A stretch of 64,000 nt of DNA from Octopus vulgaris (Eukaryota): assembly GCA_951406725.2 (NCBI GenBank), contig OX597828.1, positions 38,998,001 through 39,062,000 on the forward strand, given 5' to 3'. The translations under genes and the position numbers were made by a program. The stretch's first letter is position 1. Every line of letters starts with the position of its first letter. The notes under the pieces were generated by a model. The model was not told where the DNA came from. It did not search any database and was given only the letters and a program-made list of their open reading frames with translations. This document shows, piece by piece, positions 35,758 to 47,448 of the stretch.

Positions 35758-37747
35758 GTAAGTATACAATAGGAATGACTACTTTATTTTTTTATTTCGT
35801 TTATTTGTTCCAGTTATTGGACTGTGGCCATGCTGGGGCGCTGCCTTGAAGTTTTTAGTTGAGCAAATCGACCCCAGTACTTTTTTTTTTTTTTAAGTCT
35901 GGCACTTGCTATATCAGTCTCATTTACTGAACAGCTAAGTTACAAGGACATTAACAAGCAAACACTGATTGTGAAGTGGTAGAGACACAAATATAAACAC
36001 AAAGGCAGATGCACACACACACACACAGACGCATGACAGGCTTCCACACAGTCTCTGTCTACTGAATCCATTCACAAGTTATTGGTCAGCTTGAGGCTGC
36101 AGTAGAAGACACTTGCCCAAGTTGCCACACAGTAGGACTGAACCCCAAACCATGTAGTTTAAATTCCTTTTAATTCATTCCTATTTGCTAAAACCTCTCT
36201 TACACTCAAGTAGGCTGGGTTTGACTGTTTTAAAAATTTAGACATATGTATTTTCGACTTTTCTTTTTTATTTGATGTCCTTCCTGCTAATAACCAATCA
36301 AGCATGAAGAATCTGTTTTTTAATCAAGTGAGTTGAGTAATCTAGCACTGCACAAGATAATGATGACTGCTTAGATAATGATGACCTCATAACCTTAACA
36401 ATCAGTAATCTAACTTGTACTTACTACATCTCAGATTAACAAAATGCCAGTGATTAAGCTGTTAAAATGAAGTCAAAGCACAGCAGCTATTATGTTTTTT
36501 TTGTCTTCATTAATCTAAATAGCACAGTGTCCATAATCCCATTTACTTTCAGTGCCATTAATGTTAAGTTTGAATTATTGCAGACTCTTATATTGGGTGA
36601 ATGTAGATTTGGCAAATAATAAAAAAAAAAAATGACTTGGTTATAGTTAATTCTTTTGATACCAACCTTCTCAAGATTGTCTCTGGTTCTGTGATACAAA
36701 CTCCTTGTTTAAAATTGATCTAACTGAAAACTTTTTGTCAAAATTTCATGTTAGCTTTATGTTCCAAACACCTGCTTAATACTAAGAAAGTTATTTTATT
36801 AAATTCATCGTTGTCGTCGCCGTCCCCTTCCATGCTTGCATGGGTAATTTCAAAGCTTAGTATGCTATCCTACAACATTTTGTATTGCTAGTCTGTGGTA
36901 TTTATCACACTCAGACTTAGAATCCAGAACAATTCTTCTCCAAAATAGTTTGCAATCAAAATTTAGGATGGCTGCAGAATTAATACCCTACTTTTACCAT
37001 GAACAAGATAAGTTAATGCAATATTGATCTGACATTTGATATATCACCATCCACAGTGAGCCAGGCCAAGTTCACTTAGTTTTTCTTATTGTGTCTATAT
37101 CACATTCAGCAAAAACTTGTTCAACCAAAGCTGAAATCATTTCTCTGCATCTTTATTGTACATTGCAAATCCAGCAGATATCCATGATGCATCCATCCTG
37201 TTGTTATATGAAAACACTGCTGATATAGAGTAGTTCTTAAGAGTTATCATAGTTAAATAGGGAAGGTGATACCTCCCTGTGAGTTTATATCAGAAGTATT
37301 TTGTGGTTGTGGCCTCATCGACATTTTAGGTTTGGGGTAAGAGTATTTATTCTACTTTTTTTTAGTCATTTCATGAACATATTTTTCATGAATAACACTA
37401 AGCTTCAATTAATTTTTTAAAGTAATCAAGAATTTGGAGTGATTTTGTGAAATAATTAAATTTGTAATTATTAATGATGAATACTATAATTTATGTAGAA
37501 ATGCTTTATAGTAGAGAATTTTGTATCATAGAACCTGGAACAGTCACAGGTGGTTTAATGTCAGAAATTTCACCCATTTAAAAGAGAGAACCTAGAATTA
37601 GACTCAAGCTGATTGTAGACTATGATAGTAGTTTCAGAAATTTAATGTTGAATAACAGAGACGACAGAGGATATAGTGTTGGCTCTTGTTGACCAGTTTG
37701 ACTACTGTGATTTCTTGTCTATGCTTAATTGTCATTCTTTCTTCTAG

Positions 37748-37825
37748 GCTTATGCTGCAGAAGGTGAAACAAAAGAGGCTATTGCACAGATGAAGAAAGC
37801 ACTCAAATTAGAACCAGAAACAAAG
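37748..37825 (+). CDS. FKBP8: FKBP8 coding exon 8 (TPR3)
   Basis: cttctag|GCT..AAG|gtgagg; AYAAEGETKEAIAQMKKALKLEPETK; 78 nt, phase 0. Confidence 0.95.
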
Positions 37826-38920
37826 GTGAGGGAACGGTTTTTTTTTTTTTTTTTTTTTTTCATAATTAAGTTTGTGTTAGCTATTGAACGCTCTCTGAAT
37901 AAAATATGTGAATTAGGAATAATTAAATTGTTTAGAGTTAAAAAAAGAAACAAAAAAAACATGTTGGTTGTAAGTTAATATTGTTTGGAGTGTCTCTACA
38001 AATATGAGAGTTAACTCCAAACCTGTTTTAGTCTTATTGTCACCATCCATAGCAAAAAATATATAAGTCATTGTTAACATACTTCCTGAAGTAGTGATGA
38101 ATCACTGAGTAACTGTACAAAAATGTACACTAGCGAGCTTTGAAAAACCAGAATAACTTTACAGAACCAACTAAACAAAGTTTCCATAGCTTTAGCTATC
38201 ATTTCCTAGAAATTTTACATTATTTCCATCCTTCTTACAAGAGGAATTTCAGTGACTATGTGGAGAAGGTGCTGATCCATTCATTGGCCATGTGTTATTA
38301 CTTCAGTAAAGTACAGAACTCTTCAGTTAACCTTCACACCTGGCAGTGGAGCAGATAAGGGATGAGATGTGAGAGAGTGTGCATTGTTGTTGGTTAATCT
38401 TGATCAAGCAGACATAGCCAAAGACATTCCAGTAGTGATCATTCCATCCTTTTTCATAGGAATTTCATTATCCTTCATCATCTCAGATTGTAGGCTGTAA
38501 TATAAGGGAGATTTGACTAAGATTTCTTGCAGGTCGAGCATTCTTGTAGAAGCTCCTTATTGGTGGAGAATTAACTAGCTGGAAAAACTAGTAAATTAGT
38601 TTGTTGTTTCATTGAGCCCCTATTAAATCTTTTTCATCTCCCTTGCTGGAGCCTAGCTAAGATAGTATTTTCTGCTTCAGTTATCTGCAAATGGCAGAAG
38701 ATAGAGAATGCCGTGAACTACTAAACTACCAAACTATTGGAATCTCTTTTTTTATGGGTTTGGAGTATGAGGAGCAGTACCCATTTTAATTTTTATAGAG
38801 TCACAGAGATTTTGTTGTAGAAACAAACCAAGACCCGGACAGAATGTCTGTGACAGTCAACTCTGCTAAAGACACTTTAAAGGAGCAGGTGGTATAGTGT
38901 TAAATTAGAAGACACATTAA

Positions 38921-39139
38921 CCCTTCAGCATTTAAACCATCCATATCCAGCCAAAATATTCTATCTGTTTTTGTTCAAACCAGCCAGATCAGGTCTCTCA
39001 TACCTACTCTACAATATCATTTTAAAAATAAGCAATCAAGTCATCGAAATCTCAAAGCTATGAAATAGTACATGATCAATTCAAAACAATGCGAATAAAT
39101 AAGCATTTCATTTAACAGAATAATCTGAATGCTAAAGGA
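38921..39139. mobile_element. Second TTAA-flanked MITE family (partial copy near 16.5-16.63 kb)
   Basis: ttaa-cccttcagcatt ... aatgctaaagga-ttaa. Confidence 0.7.
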
Positions 39140-39389
39140 TTAAATCTACTATCCCAGAACTGGCAGAGTCCATTTGAGAGACTTCTGCTCAGTTTTTGAT
39201 GACCTGATTATGTTTTACAGGGCTTTTGTTGACTTTAGGCTATTGTAGAAAACATTTGTCCAAGGTGTTGCTCAGTGAGATTGATCATGGAACCAAGTGA
39301 TTGCAATCTACTATAATAATACTCTTGTGTTTTTCTCTGTCACAACATATGAATGAGAAAGGAAGAGGTGATTGCAAACTTAGTAGTGG

Positions 39390-39710
39390 GAGCATTTCAA
39401 CTCTGTGTGTGTATGTAAAAGGGAGATATGTGAATGTTTGTGTGTGTGTGTGTGTATGTGAGTGTGTGCAATGGAAGTGGGATGGTGATCATTCAATGCT
39501 GAAAAGAAAAATCAAACAGCGTTTCAACTCTGTGTGTATATGTGTGTGTATGTAAAAGTGAGGTCTGTGAATATCTGTTTGTGTGTGTATGTGTGGAATG
39601 GAAGTGAGATGGTGAACATTCAACACTGAAAAGAAAAATCAAACAGCGTTTCAACTCTGTGTGAGTAAATGTGTGTATGTACAAAGGAAGTATAGGAATG
39701 TATGTGTGAA
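39390..39710. repeat. Tandem repeat, ~125-bp unit, about 2.5 copies, with (GT)n cores
   Basis: Recurrent 'gaaaagaaaaatcaaacagcgtttcaactctgtgtg'. Confidence 0.85.
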
Positions 39711-40770
39711 CCAGCGTTCTTTCAGTAACAAATGATGATCGTTGTCACATCCCAAAAGACATACACTAGATAACATTTACAAGTGTATTAATTTGATTTA
39801 CCATCTATATTTATATATAAAATACTACAATTAGCCATCATTTTTGACAGCACAGTGCCCAGCTAGTGTTTAAAATAAAGGCTAAGGAAGTTACATCTTC
39901 TGCAACGTTATTGTAAACTTTGTCTCAATTTTATAACCACTTCCCTTTGAAAAATATTAACCTGACAAAATCCCATTTCTTCTTTCCTTCTAAACCAAAG
40001 GATTTGAACGTGACAAAAAGAAAAAAAAGAGTATGTTAACCTTTTTGTTGCCACATTTCTGTTGAAATATTCTGCTTTTGTTTCAATTGATTCTGAAAAT
40101 AATTAAGAATTTAATGAAATAACATTGTTATTATTTAATTAGTTTGGCACATAACATGAAAATTTGTTGGAAGGTTTTAATTTAAATCACTTTAACACTG
40201 GAAGTTTTTCTCATAGAACAGGAGTGGTCAGGCAGGTTGATATCAAAAGGGTTAATTAAATTTTCATTGACTTTGAGTAATTATGAAGAGATTTATTAAC
40301 CCCGCATAGGCACCATATTTCTTATGAAATATTCTGCCTCTGTTTCAATTGCAAGAATAAACAAGAATTTCAGAGGAATTTAGTAAAATAATTTTTTTTA
40401 TTCTATAAGAAGTTTTGTATCCCAGAATCAGAGACAGTTTCATGTATCGAAATGGTTAAATAAGAAAAATTGGAAATACAGAGGTTGTATACTTTTAGGA
40501 AATATTCATCTGAGAGTTATCTCCAACTGTAACATTAATTACTTAATTATTTTTCATATGCGACATCATTCATCATCATCGTCAGCAGTAGCAGCATCAT
40601 CATTCAATATCAATTTTTCCATGCTTTCATGGGCCAGATAGAATTTGTTGAGGGAGATTTTCTATGGCTGAATGCCTCTCCTGCTTCCAAGGAATGTTAT
40701 ATTTCCCCATAGTCAAACATGTTTTTATGGAGAACTGAAAACAAGGTACCGCATGAGTGAAAATATATAT

Positions 40771-41423
40771 AGGGAAGAGGATTTGAAAATGCTGAGGTCT
40801 TTTAAAGATGTTTATTGACTTGACCGGTTTCACTTTTTAAAAAAAATGGTTTTCAAATGTAAAATGTAAGGCTTTGTGTAGCCTTTGTTGTGTTAAAAAA
40901 CGGTTATCATTGTTGTATTAAAATGCAGTTAAACAGTCTTTGATAATGATAAGAAAATTTTAAGAAATAGAATCTTTGACAATGATAAGAAAATGTTAAG
41001 AGGGGCTTTTTGTTTAAACAGTTTGCATAAAAGTGTTCAAAATAGGTAGTAAAATAAATTCAGAATTATTTATAAGTTCATAAAAAATTCTGATTGTATA
41101 GAAACATATATACAGAAAGAATTTGTAGACAGTATTTGATAAGAGAAAGCATGTATTGCTTAGTCAAAAACTTCATCAGAAATCATATTTAAGTATTTAT
41201 ACAGAATTTTAGGGGAATGACCAACTTTTTTTTCCTTCATCTCCAGTCTTGTATGTGTGTTGCAGGGTTGGTTGCTATTTTTAGAAATAACCATTTTTTT
41301 AACATAACAAAGGCTACACAAAGCCTTACATTTTACTTTTAAAAATCTTTTTTTTAAAAAGTGAAACCGGTCAAGTCAATAAGCATCTTTAAAAGATCGC
41401 TGTATTTTCAAATCCTCTTTCCT
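40771..41423. mobile_element. Inverted repeat (~137-bp arms, ~380-bp spacer) inserted in a TA tract; probable Penelope-like remnant
   Basis: 40771-40907 is the reverse complement of 41287-41423. Arms contain GAAACCGGTC, the palindromic stem III signature of PLE hammerheads. Confidence 0.65.
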
Positions 41424-41760
41424 ATATATATATATATATATTACTTGCAAGTACTTGGTGACCCTGTCAGTACAAGTGCCACTTAAAAGCACCCAGTCCA
41501 CATTGTAAAGTGGTTGGCATTTGGAAGGGCATCCAGCAGTAAAAACCTTGTCAAAACTAACCTCGCCTGTGCTTGCGCCATGTAAAAAGCACTCTGCTGA
41601 GTGGTTGATGTTAGGAAGGGCATCCAGCTGTAAAAAATCCTGTCAAAACAGTTACAGATGTCTGGTGTAGGCTTCTGCCTAACCGACTCTTGTCAAACCA
41701 TCCCACCCATGACAGCATGGAAGACAGATGTTAAACGATGATGATGATGATGATGATATA

Positions 41761-41978
41761 TATTATTCAATTAACACAATATATATTTGTATGAGCTACA
41801 ATTAGTTTCATGTGATGAAGACAACTCAGACAGCCTTTTTTAACACATCTGGTACTTTCACACAATCCTCAGGCTATGTATGCCCACAAACATGTTAAAA
41901 TATGCTGTCTGAGCTCTTTTCATCTCATGAAACTAATAGTAGCTCATAAAAATATACATTGTGGTTATTAAATAATAT
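41761..41978. repeat. Inverted repeat, ~90-bp arms
   Basis: atgagctacaattagtttcatgtgatgaa..cagacagc versus gctgtctg..ttcatctcatgaaactaatagtagctcat. Confidence 0.8.
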
Positions 41979-42041
41979 TTATCTCACAACAGAGGGAGCA
42001 CTTTTTTTGTTGGTTTTACCATCACAGAGCAGTACAGTATA

Positions 42042-42277
42042 CAGGGTTGGCCAAAAATCACCTGACAGTAAATCAAAATTCCATAAATACTTAATATTAT
42101 TCAATGTTATCTATTCATTCCAATTATAAATGCTTAATAATTAAATCCTGTGAGTTAAAAATCACTGTTTTTTCAACATTTGTCTATTAGTGAAGTTTCA
42201 CATAAAATAATTTTTTGTTTTAATCTTAGAATTAAATGGGTTTTGATTTACTGTCAGGTGACTTTTGGCCAACCCTG
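42042..42277. mobile_element. Tc1/mariner-type MITE
   Basis: 37-bp TIRs cagggttggccaaaa(a/g)tcacctgacagtaaatcaaaa; TA target duplication at 42040-41 and 42278-79. Confidence 0.92.
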
Positions 42278-42456
42278 TATATATTTATATTTATATATAT
42301 ATATATAGTCTTAAATGACAGAAATAGTTTGATGAAATTTTATTTTAACAATAAGAAAATTCAAATATCATGACATTGTTTTGTAACTTAAAAATTTGTA
42401 AATAATTCATATTGTTATATTTAATAATAAATAAATGACTTACATGCCTGCTTTAA

Positions 42457-42676
42457 CCCTTTCATTACCAACCCGGCTGAAACCGTCTCTGGCTCTGAGT
42501 ACAAATGTCTTGTTTTCATAACTTTTGAATTAAAATCTTCCGCCAAATCTTAGTCACAATTTATGTTCCTAACCTTAGCTGAGTGATAACTGAGTTATTT
42601 TACTAAATTCTTTGTTATATTTAAAGTAATTGAAAGAAAAACAAAGCATCTTAAGATAAATACAGTAATGAAAGGG
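42457..42676. mobile_element. piggyBac-type MITE (reverse orientation of the 28140 family)
   Basis: TTAA TSDs at 42453-56 and 42677-80; perfect 12-bp TIR ccctttcattac / gtaatgaaaggg. Confidence 0.9.
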
Positions 42677-43719
42677 TTAAGGCAAAATGCAAAAAACTTT
42701 CAAAATAATGCGGAATTTAAGCTACATCTTCAGGTGAAGGAAAGTCTTTCAATTTCTGTCTTCCAAATTACAAGCCTTTGGTTGGCTGAGGTTATAATAG
42801 AAAACACTTCCCCAAGGTGCCACACCATGGAACTGAACCAAGACCTTGTGGATGGAAAGCGGACTTCTTGACCACACAGCTATGCCTGTTCCTGTGAAGG
42901 CATGACATCTCACCTCTTACTATTCAGATTTGAATATCGATCTCAGATCTCACTTCCCTCATTCACAGATTGTTTGATGCTATTCTTTCATCACTGTTTC
43001 TGCTTCTCCCCCACACACCCAACCCCCTGCCTCAGTTATACCCATACTCGTCATTAAATTCTCTCCTGCATCAATACTAATGTAACCCATGTTGAAGATG
43101 GTCACGCACATGATGAAAAGTTGCTAATGTTTAAAACGGTGATACATAATAAAGCTATTTATTGGTATGAGTAACTAAATAGAAAATTGATGCTGACAAT
43201 GATGACAGTCATCATCATCATCATCATCATCATTAATGTCTCTTTTTGGAGATTTTTACCTGGCACACATGAATGAAAATCTAAACTTGTGTCATATTTG
43301 CTTTAAAAAAAATCATTTAAGATGGTCAAGGCACCTCTGCAATTCTTGTACAACCTTTCATTGTCATTCTATTATTGTTTCTTGATATTTTGTTTTTATC
43401 ATTTTCATACTGCTTGTTATTATCCATGCATAACAACATGTCCAGCAAAGCTAAGTGAACCTTTCTCTTGCTTCAATTGTACATCATTCATCTATTTTGT
43501 GTTTCTACCTCATAAAATGCCTGTAATTTAATTTAAGTTAAATTTCATAATCATAATTTTTGATGCCCCTTGCTTGCTTTAATTTTTATAATCTTTCGTC
43601 CCTGATTTCTACAAACCCCATATCTTTCCTTATTTTGTGGTGATTTCTACTGCTTTTAGCATAGCTGTCCTTGAACTTTTGTATTGGCTGACATTTCCGA
43701 CAGTCAAGTCTTTGTCCCC

Positions 43720-45037
43720 TGTCCTTCTTGCATCTCTGTCTTGGCTGCTATTTCTGGTGGTCAAGTCATCCTCTTCTTGTTGCTGACTTACATAAACCCT
43801 TTCATCCATATACAAGCTATGACTGAGGAATTTAAGCCTGGCTGCCTTTGGGAGCTCCTATGCCTATGACCTTGTTCTTATTGCTAAATCACTACCAGAA
43901 CTAGAGAAGAAATTTCAGGTCTGGAATCAAAGGGCCTTAGAGCTAACTTAGCAAAGACCCAAGTATTGATAAGTAGGAAAACAGACAAATTGCAGATCCC
44001 TTCAGGGAGATGGTCCTGCTCAATATGTAGAAAAAGTGTCAGGGGAAACTCCCTAATGTGTACCCAGTGCAAGCTATGGACACATAAAAGGTGCAGCAAT
44101 TTCACTAGATGACTAACGGAGAAAGTAGTCTTTACTTGTGGCAGATGTATTAAACATCAGAAATGTACAAAAAAAAGTCCCTCATATGCCAGGGGAGATC
44201 CCTAGAAGTAGCAGACAGTTACTTAGTTGACCTAATTCATAGTTGGGGTGGGGGTTGTTCTGAAAGCGTAGCTGCTAGAATAAGAATAGGCTGGGTGAAG
44301 TTCAGAGAGCTACTACCTCTGTTAGTAATGAAGGGCTTCTCTCTCAGAGTGAAAAGTGTATTGTATGATGCTTGTGTAAGAACAGCTATGCTACATAGCA
44401 GTGAGACATGGGCTGTGACTACTATGCAAAGACTTGAAAGAAATAAAGCCAGTGTGATTCACTGGATGGGAAACACCAGTGTGCATATACAACAAAGTGT
44501 AAGTGATCTGAGAGAAAAACTGGGTATGCATAGCATCAGATGTAGTGTGCAAGAGAGAAGACTGTGCTGGTATGGCCATGTAATGTGTATGAAATAAGAC
44601 AGTTGCATCAAGAGGTGCCAATCTCTAATTGTAGACCCAGGAAGATGTGGGACAAAGAAAGGATCTACAAATGTTGGGATTCACAGAGGGGATGACAGGG
44701 GGCTGAGATTCCAGGCAGTTTGCTGTGCTTAAAAAGACACATCAAGCTAAGTAAAAGCGTGGTTGCCCTTGCATTCAGGCTCATCTCCTGCAACCCCCTT
44801 CCAGCTGAGCATCCCTAATCTTGCAGGCTCATTGGTGCTGGTGCCACATAAAAAAAAGCACCCATGCTAGTACTGGATTCGAGCACCCAGTACACTCTGT
44901 AGAGTGGTTGGCATTAGAAAGAGCATCCAACCATAGAAACCAATGCCATGCCATGCCATGCCAAAACAGACATGGGGCCTGAACAGCCCATGCCAGCATG
45001 GAAAACAGACGTTAAATGATGATGATGATGATGATGA
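43720..45037 (+). mobile_element. Decayed RTE-clade LINE with RT (YADD region), inserted PHD finger, C-terminus and GAT tail
   Basis: Remnants WELL(YA.D)LVLIA, CSIC..CTQCKLWTHKRC..CGRC, ARIRIGWVKFREL, MLHSSETW and RRLCWYGHV. Confidence 0.88.
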
Positions 45038-45144
45038 TTCTCATATTTTGTCTTTGTCATTCTCTTGCTGTCTTTCTCTCTAGCTAGGAATTTACTTGTA
45101 GTTTATAAGATTGCTGTTATGTAACGTCTTGGGTTTCATTTCAG

Positions 45145-45270
45145 ATTATTCATCAGGAATTATCGAAACTTACCAAAAAGTTATCGAAAGAGACACAGTC
45201 TGAGCGCAATATGTGTAAGAAAATGTTCCGAACTGATAAACCCCCTTCTAAACCCTCATCAGATTATTCG
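45145..45270 (+). CDS. FKBP8: FKBP8 coding exon 9 (post-TPR helix, calmodulin-binding region)
   Basis: tttcag|ATT..TCG|gtaaat; IIHQELSKLTKKLSKETQSERNMCKKMFRTDKPPSKPSSDYS (cf. human IHAELSKLVKK); 126 nt, phase 0. Confidence 0.93.
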
Positions 45271-45404
45271 GTAAATTTCTACATTTTATTTTTATTCCCA
45301 AACCCCTTGACTTACCTGTATTTCATTATCTTAATTTCAATTCCATTATTTTTATGAATTTGTTTTGCAAAATTCCTTATGTGAAATCATGTGTTGATAC
45401 AGAC

Positions 45405-45845
45405 ATTGTTATATTTTGAGAGGGTAATCTTTTCTTTTTTTTCTTGCCAAATAAACACACAAGCTGTATATCCATTCTTCACTCATTTATTAATGTTATT
45501 ATTTTATCTTATGTCCATTGTCTGGAAATCTTTTGTCACACATCTGTGACCTCTTCAGCAACTCTTCCATTCCATGTGTATCCTCCTGGTTTGTTTAGTC
45601 TATTCTGTCTTTCTATATTCTGTTTAGTCCATTCTGTCTTTTTAGAAATACAGAATGGACTAAACAGAACAGGAGGATACACATGGGATAGAAGAGTCTC
45701 TGAAGGGGTCACAGATGTGTGACGAAATATTTCCAGATAATGGACATAAGATAAAATAAGAACAATAATAAATGAGTGAAGAACGAATATATGGAGCATG
45801 TGTTTATTTGGCAAGAAAAAAATGACCGTCCCAAAATATAACAAT
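45405..45845. mobile_element. Inverted pair of Penelope-like pLTR fragments, each with a hammerhead motif
   Basis: ~210-bp reverse-complement arms. Hammerheads at 45696-45738 (+) and 45520-45562 (-); palindromic stem III GAAATATTTC. Confidence 0.8.
45696..45738 (+). ncRNA. Degenerate minimal hammerhead ribozyme
   Basis: gtct-CTGAAGg-g-gtcaca-gatg-tgtgac-GAAA-ta-tTTC^cagat. The mirror copy keeps CTGAAGA but has lost the G of GAAA. Confidence 0.7.
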
Positions 45846-46804
45846 TCAATTATTATATATCATTTTTATCATTGTCATCATTTTACACCTACTTTCCATG
45901 CTAATATGGGTTGGATGAAGTCTCTTCTTATTCAGAGTTACTGCCCACCTAAACAGTTTGCGGAGACCACATCATGCTCACATGTTCCAATTTTTGGCAC
46001 AGTTTCTTCAACTGGATGCCCTTCCTAACACCAACCACTTTACAGAGTGTACTGGGTCCATTTTAGTCTGACACCAACATCAGAGAGGTGGTCATGTTCT
46101 TGACAAGAAGACTAAAGGGTCCCCTCAACCCTGCAGTAAATCCATTTATTTAAGTCTGTGTGACTAAAAAGGAATGAATAGAGAGCAATGACACAATACT
46201 GGGTCAATTGGTAAGCAAGATGAGCAAAATTGTGAGGAGAGTAAAATGTGATTGAGGCGCGAAGATGATAGAAGAGAGGTGGTGATAATGCTCAGGGTGA
46301 GTAATAGAAGAGAGAAAGTAATGGCAGTCACATGCTTGCTTCTGAGAGAGAGGAGGGAGCGGAGAGGAAGGGAGCGTGAGAGAGATTGAGTGATGAATGG
46401 TGATCAAGATGGGCTATGGATGTCACCCACAAATAAATAAAAAAGAGGAGTTATGGCTGGTGGCACGAAAGGGGTAACATTCTGGTATATTGTTTATAAA
46501 CAGATTTAGTGCTACCCCTCATACATAAGTGTCTCTGGTGGTAGAGTGTGTAAGGGTCCAAGACCCCACTCAAGGACTCGATGCAATGACCCTATCTGGG
46601 ATCTGAACCTCTGATCTGACAATCATGTGCCAAACACTCTAACCACAAAACCATTGCACCTTCAAAATGTGGAGATGTAAATATTTCAAATCTAAAGATG
46701 AGGTTAATAGTCTGAAAATTATAATTTAATTAGTAATGTCTTATTACAATCATTTAAATATTTTGTGTTCAATTAATATTTTTCTTTTCATTTTGTCTTT
46801 TCAG

Positions 46805-46879
46805 TCTTGGAAATGGTCGATCATTGCTGGCAGTTTGGTTGTGGTATTACTTTCTTTAGGTGTTGCCTACTTCCGTTAA
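46805..46879 (+). CDS. FKBP8: FKBP8 last coding exon (transmembrane tail anchor and stop)
   Basis: tttcag|TCT; SWKWSIIAGSLVVVLLSLGVAYFR*. WKW plus hydrophobic helix plus basic end is typical of FKBP8. Confidence 0.93.
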   Translation, partial: SWKWSIIAGSLVVVLLSLGVAYFR

Positions 46880-47355
46880 CCAGCGATCATCTCCTAACTG
46901 CCACAATTCTTATGGGACCACTCAAAATTGATTTCAAATATAGAGCATTTAATATTTACAACTGAAAACTTAAAATAAAAAACAAAAACAAAAAAAAAAA
47001 AGACCTATGCATTCTTATTGAAAAGCAAACAAGCAAAAAACAAAAAAAAAATGATCTATAAAAATCTTCTCTTGCTCCTCTTGTCTTTAAACTTTGACCT
47101 TTGACCGTGATGAGCACAATTTTCTTTGTTGAAATTTTTTTTTAGGTGAAAGCAGAATCTTACTTTCATGATTCTTGTAGCAAGCACTATCATGTTTTCA
47201 TAAAGTCTTTGTATTCATTTTGAAAGCTAAAATATCTTCTCAGGAACTTTGAAATTCTTTTGTTTTGTTTCTGTTCTGTTACCTTTTTTTGTTTTCTCTT
47301 TGCTTTATTTGCTTTTTTTTCCTTTTAATTTTTACATATTTTTCAAAAAACCTTT

Positions 47356-47360
<5 letters not shown>

Positions 47361-47447
<87 letters not shown>
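47361..47447. repeat. (TA)n microsatellite downstream of the FKBP8 stop
   Basis: Seen directly. Confidence 0.95.

Positions 47448-47448
<1 letters not shown>

Noticed and set aside
43090-43120. Possible further hammerhead (tTGAAGA-tggtca..tga-tGAAA)
   Set aside because: Too degenerate; stems I and II are not convincingly paired.
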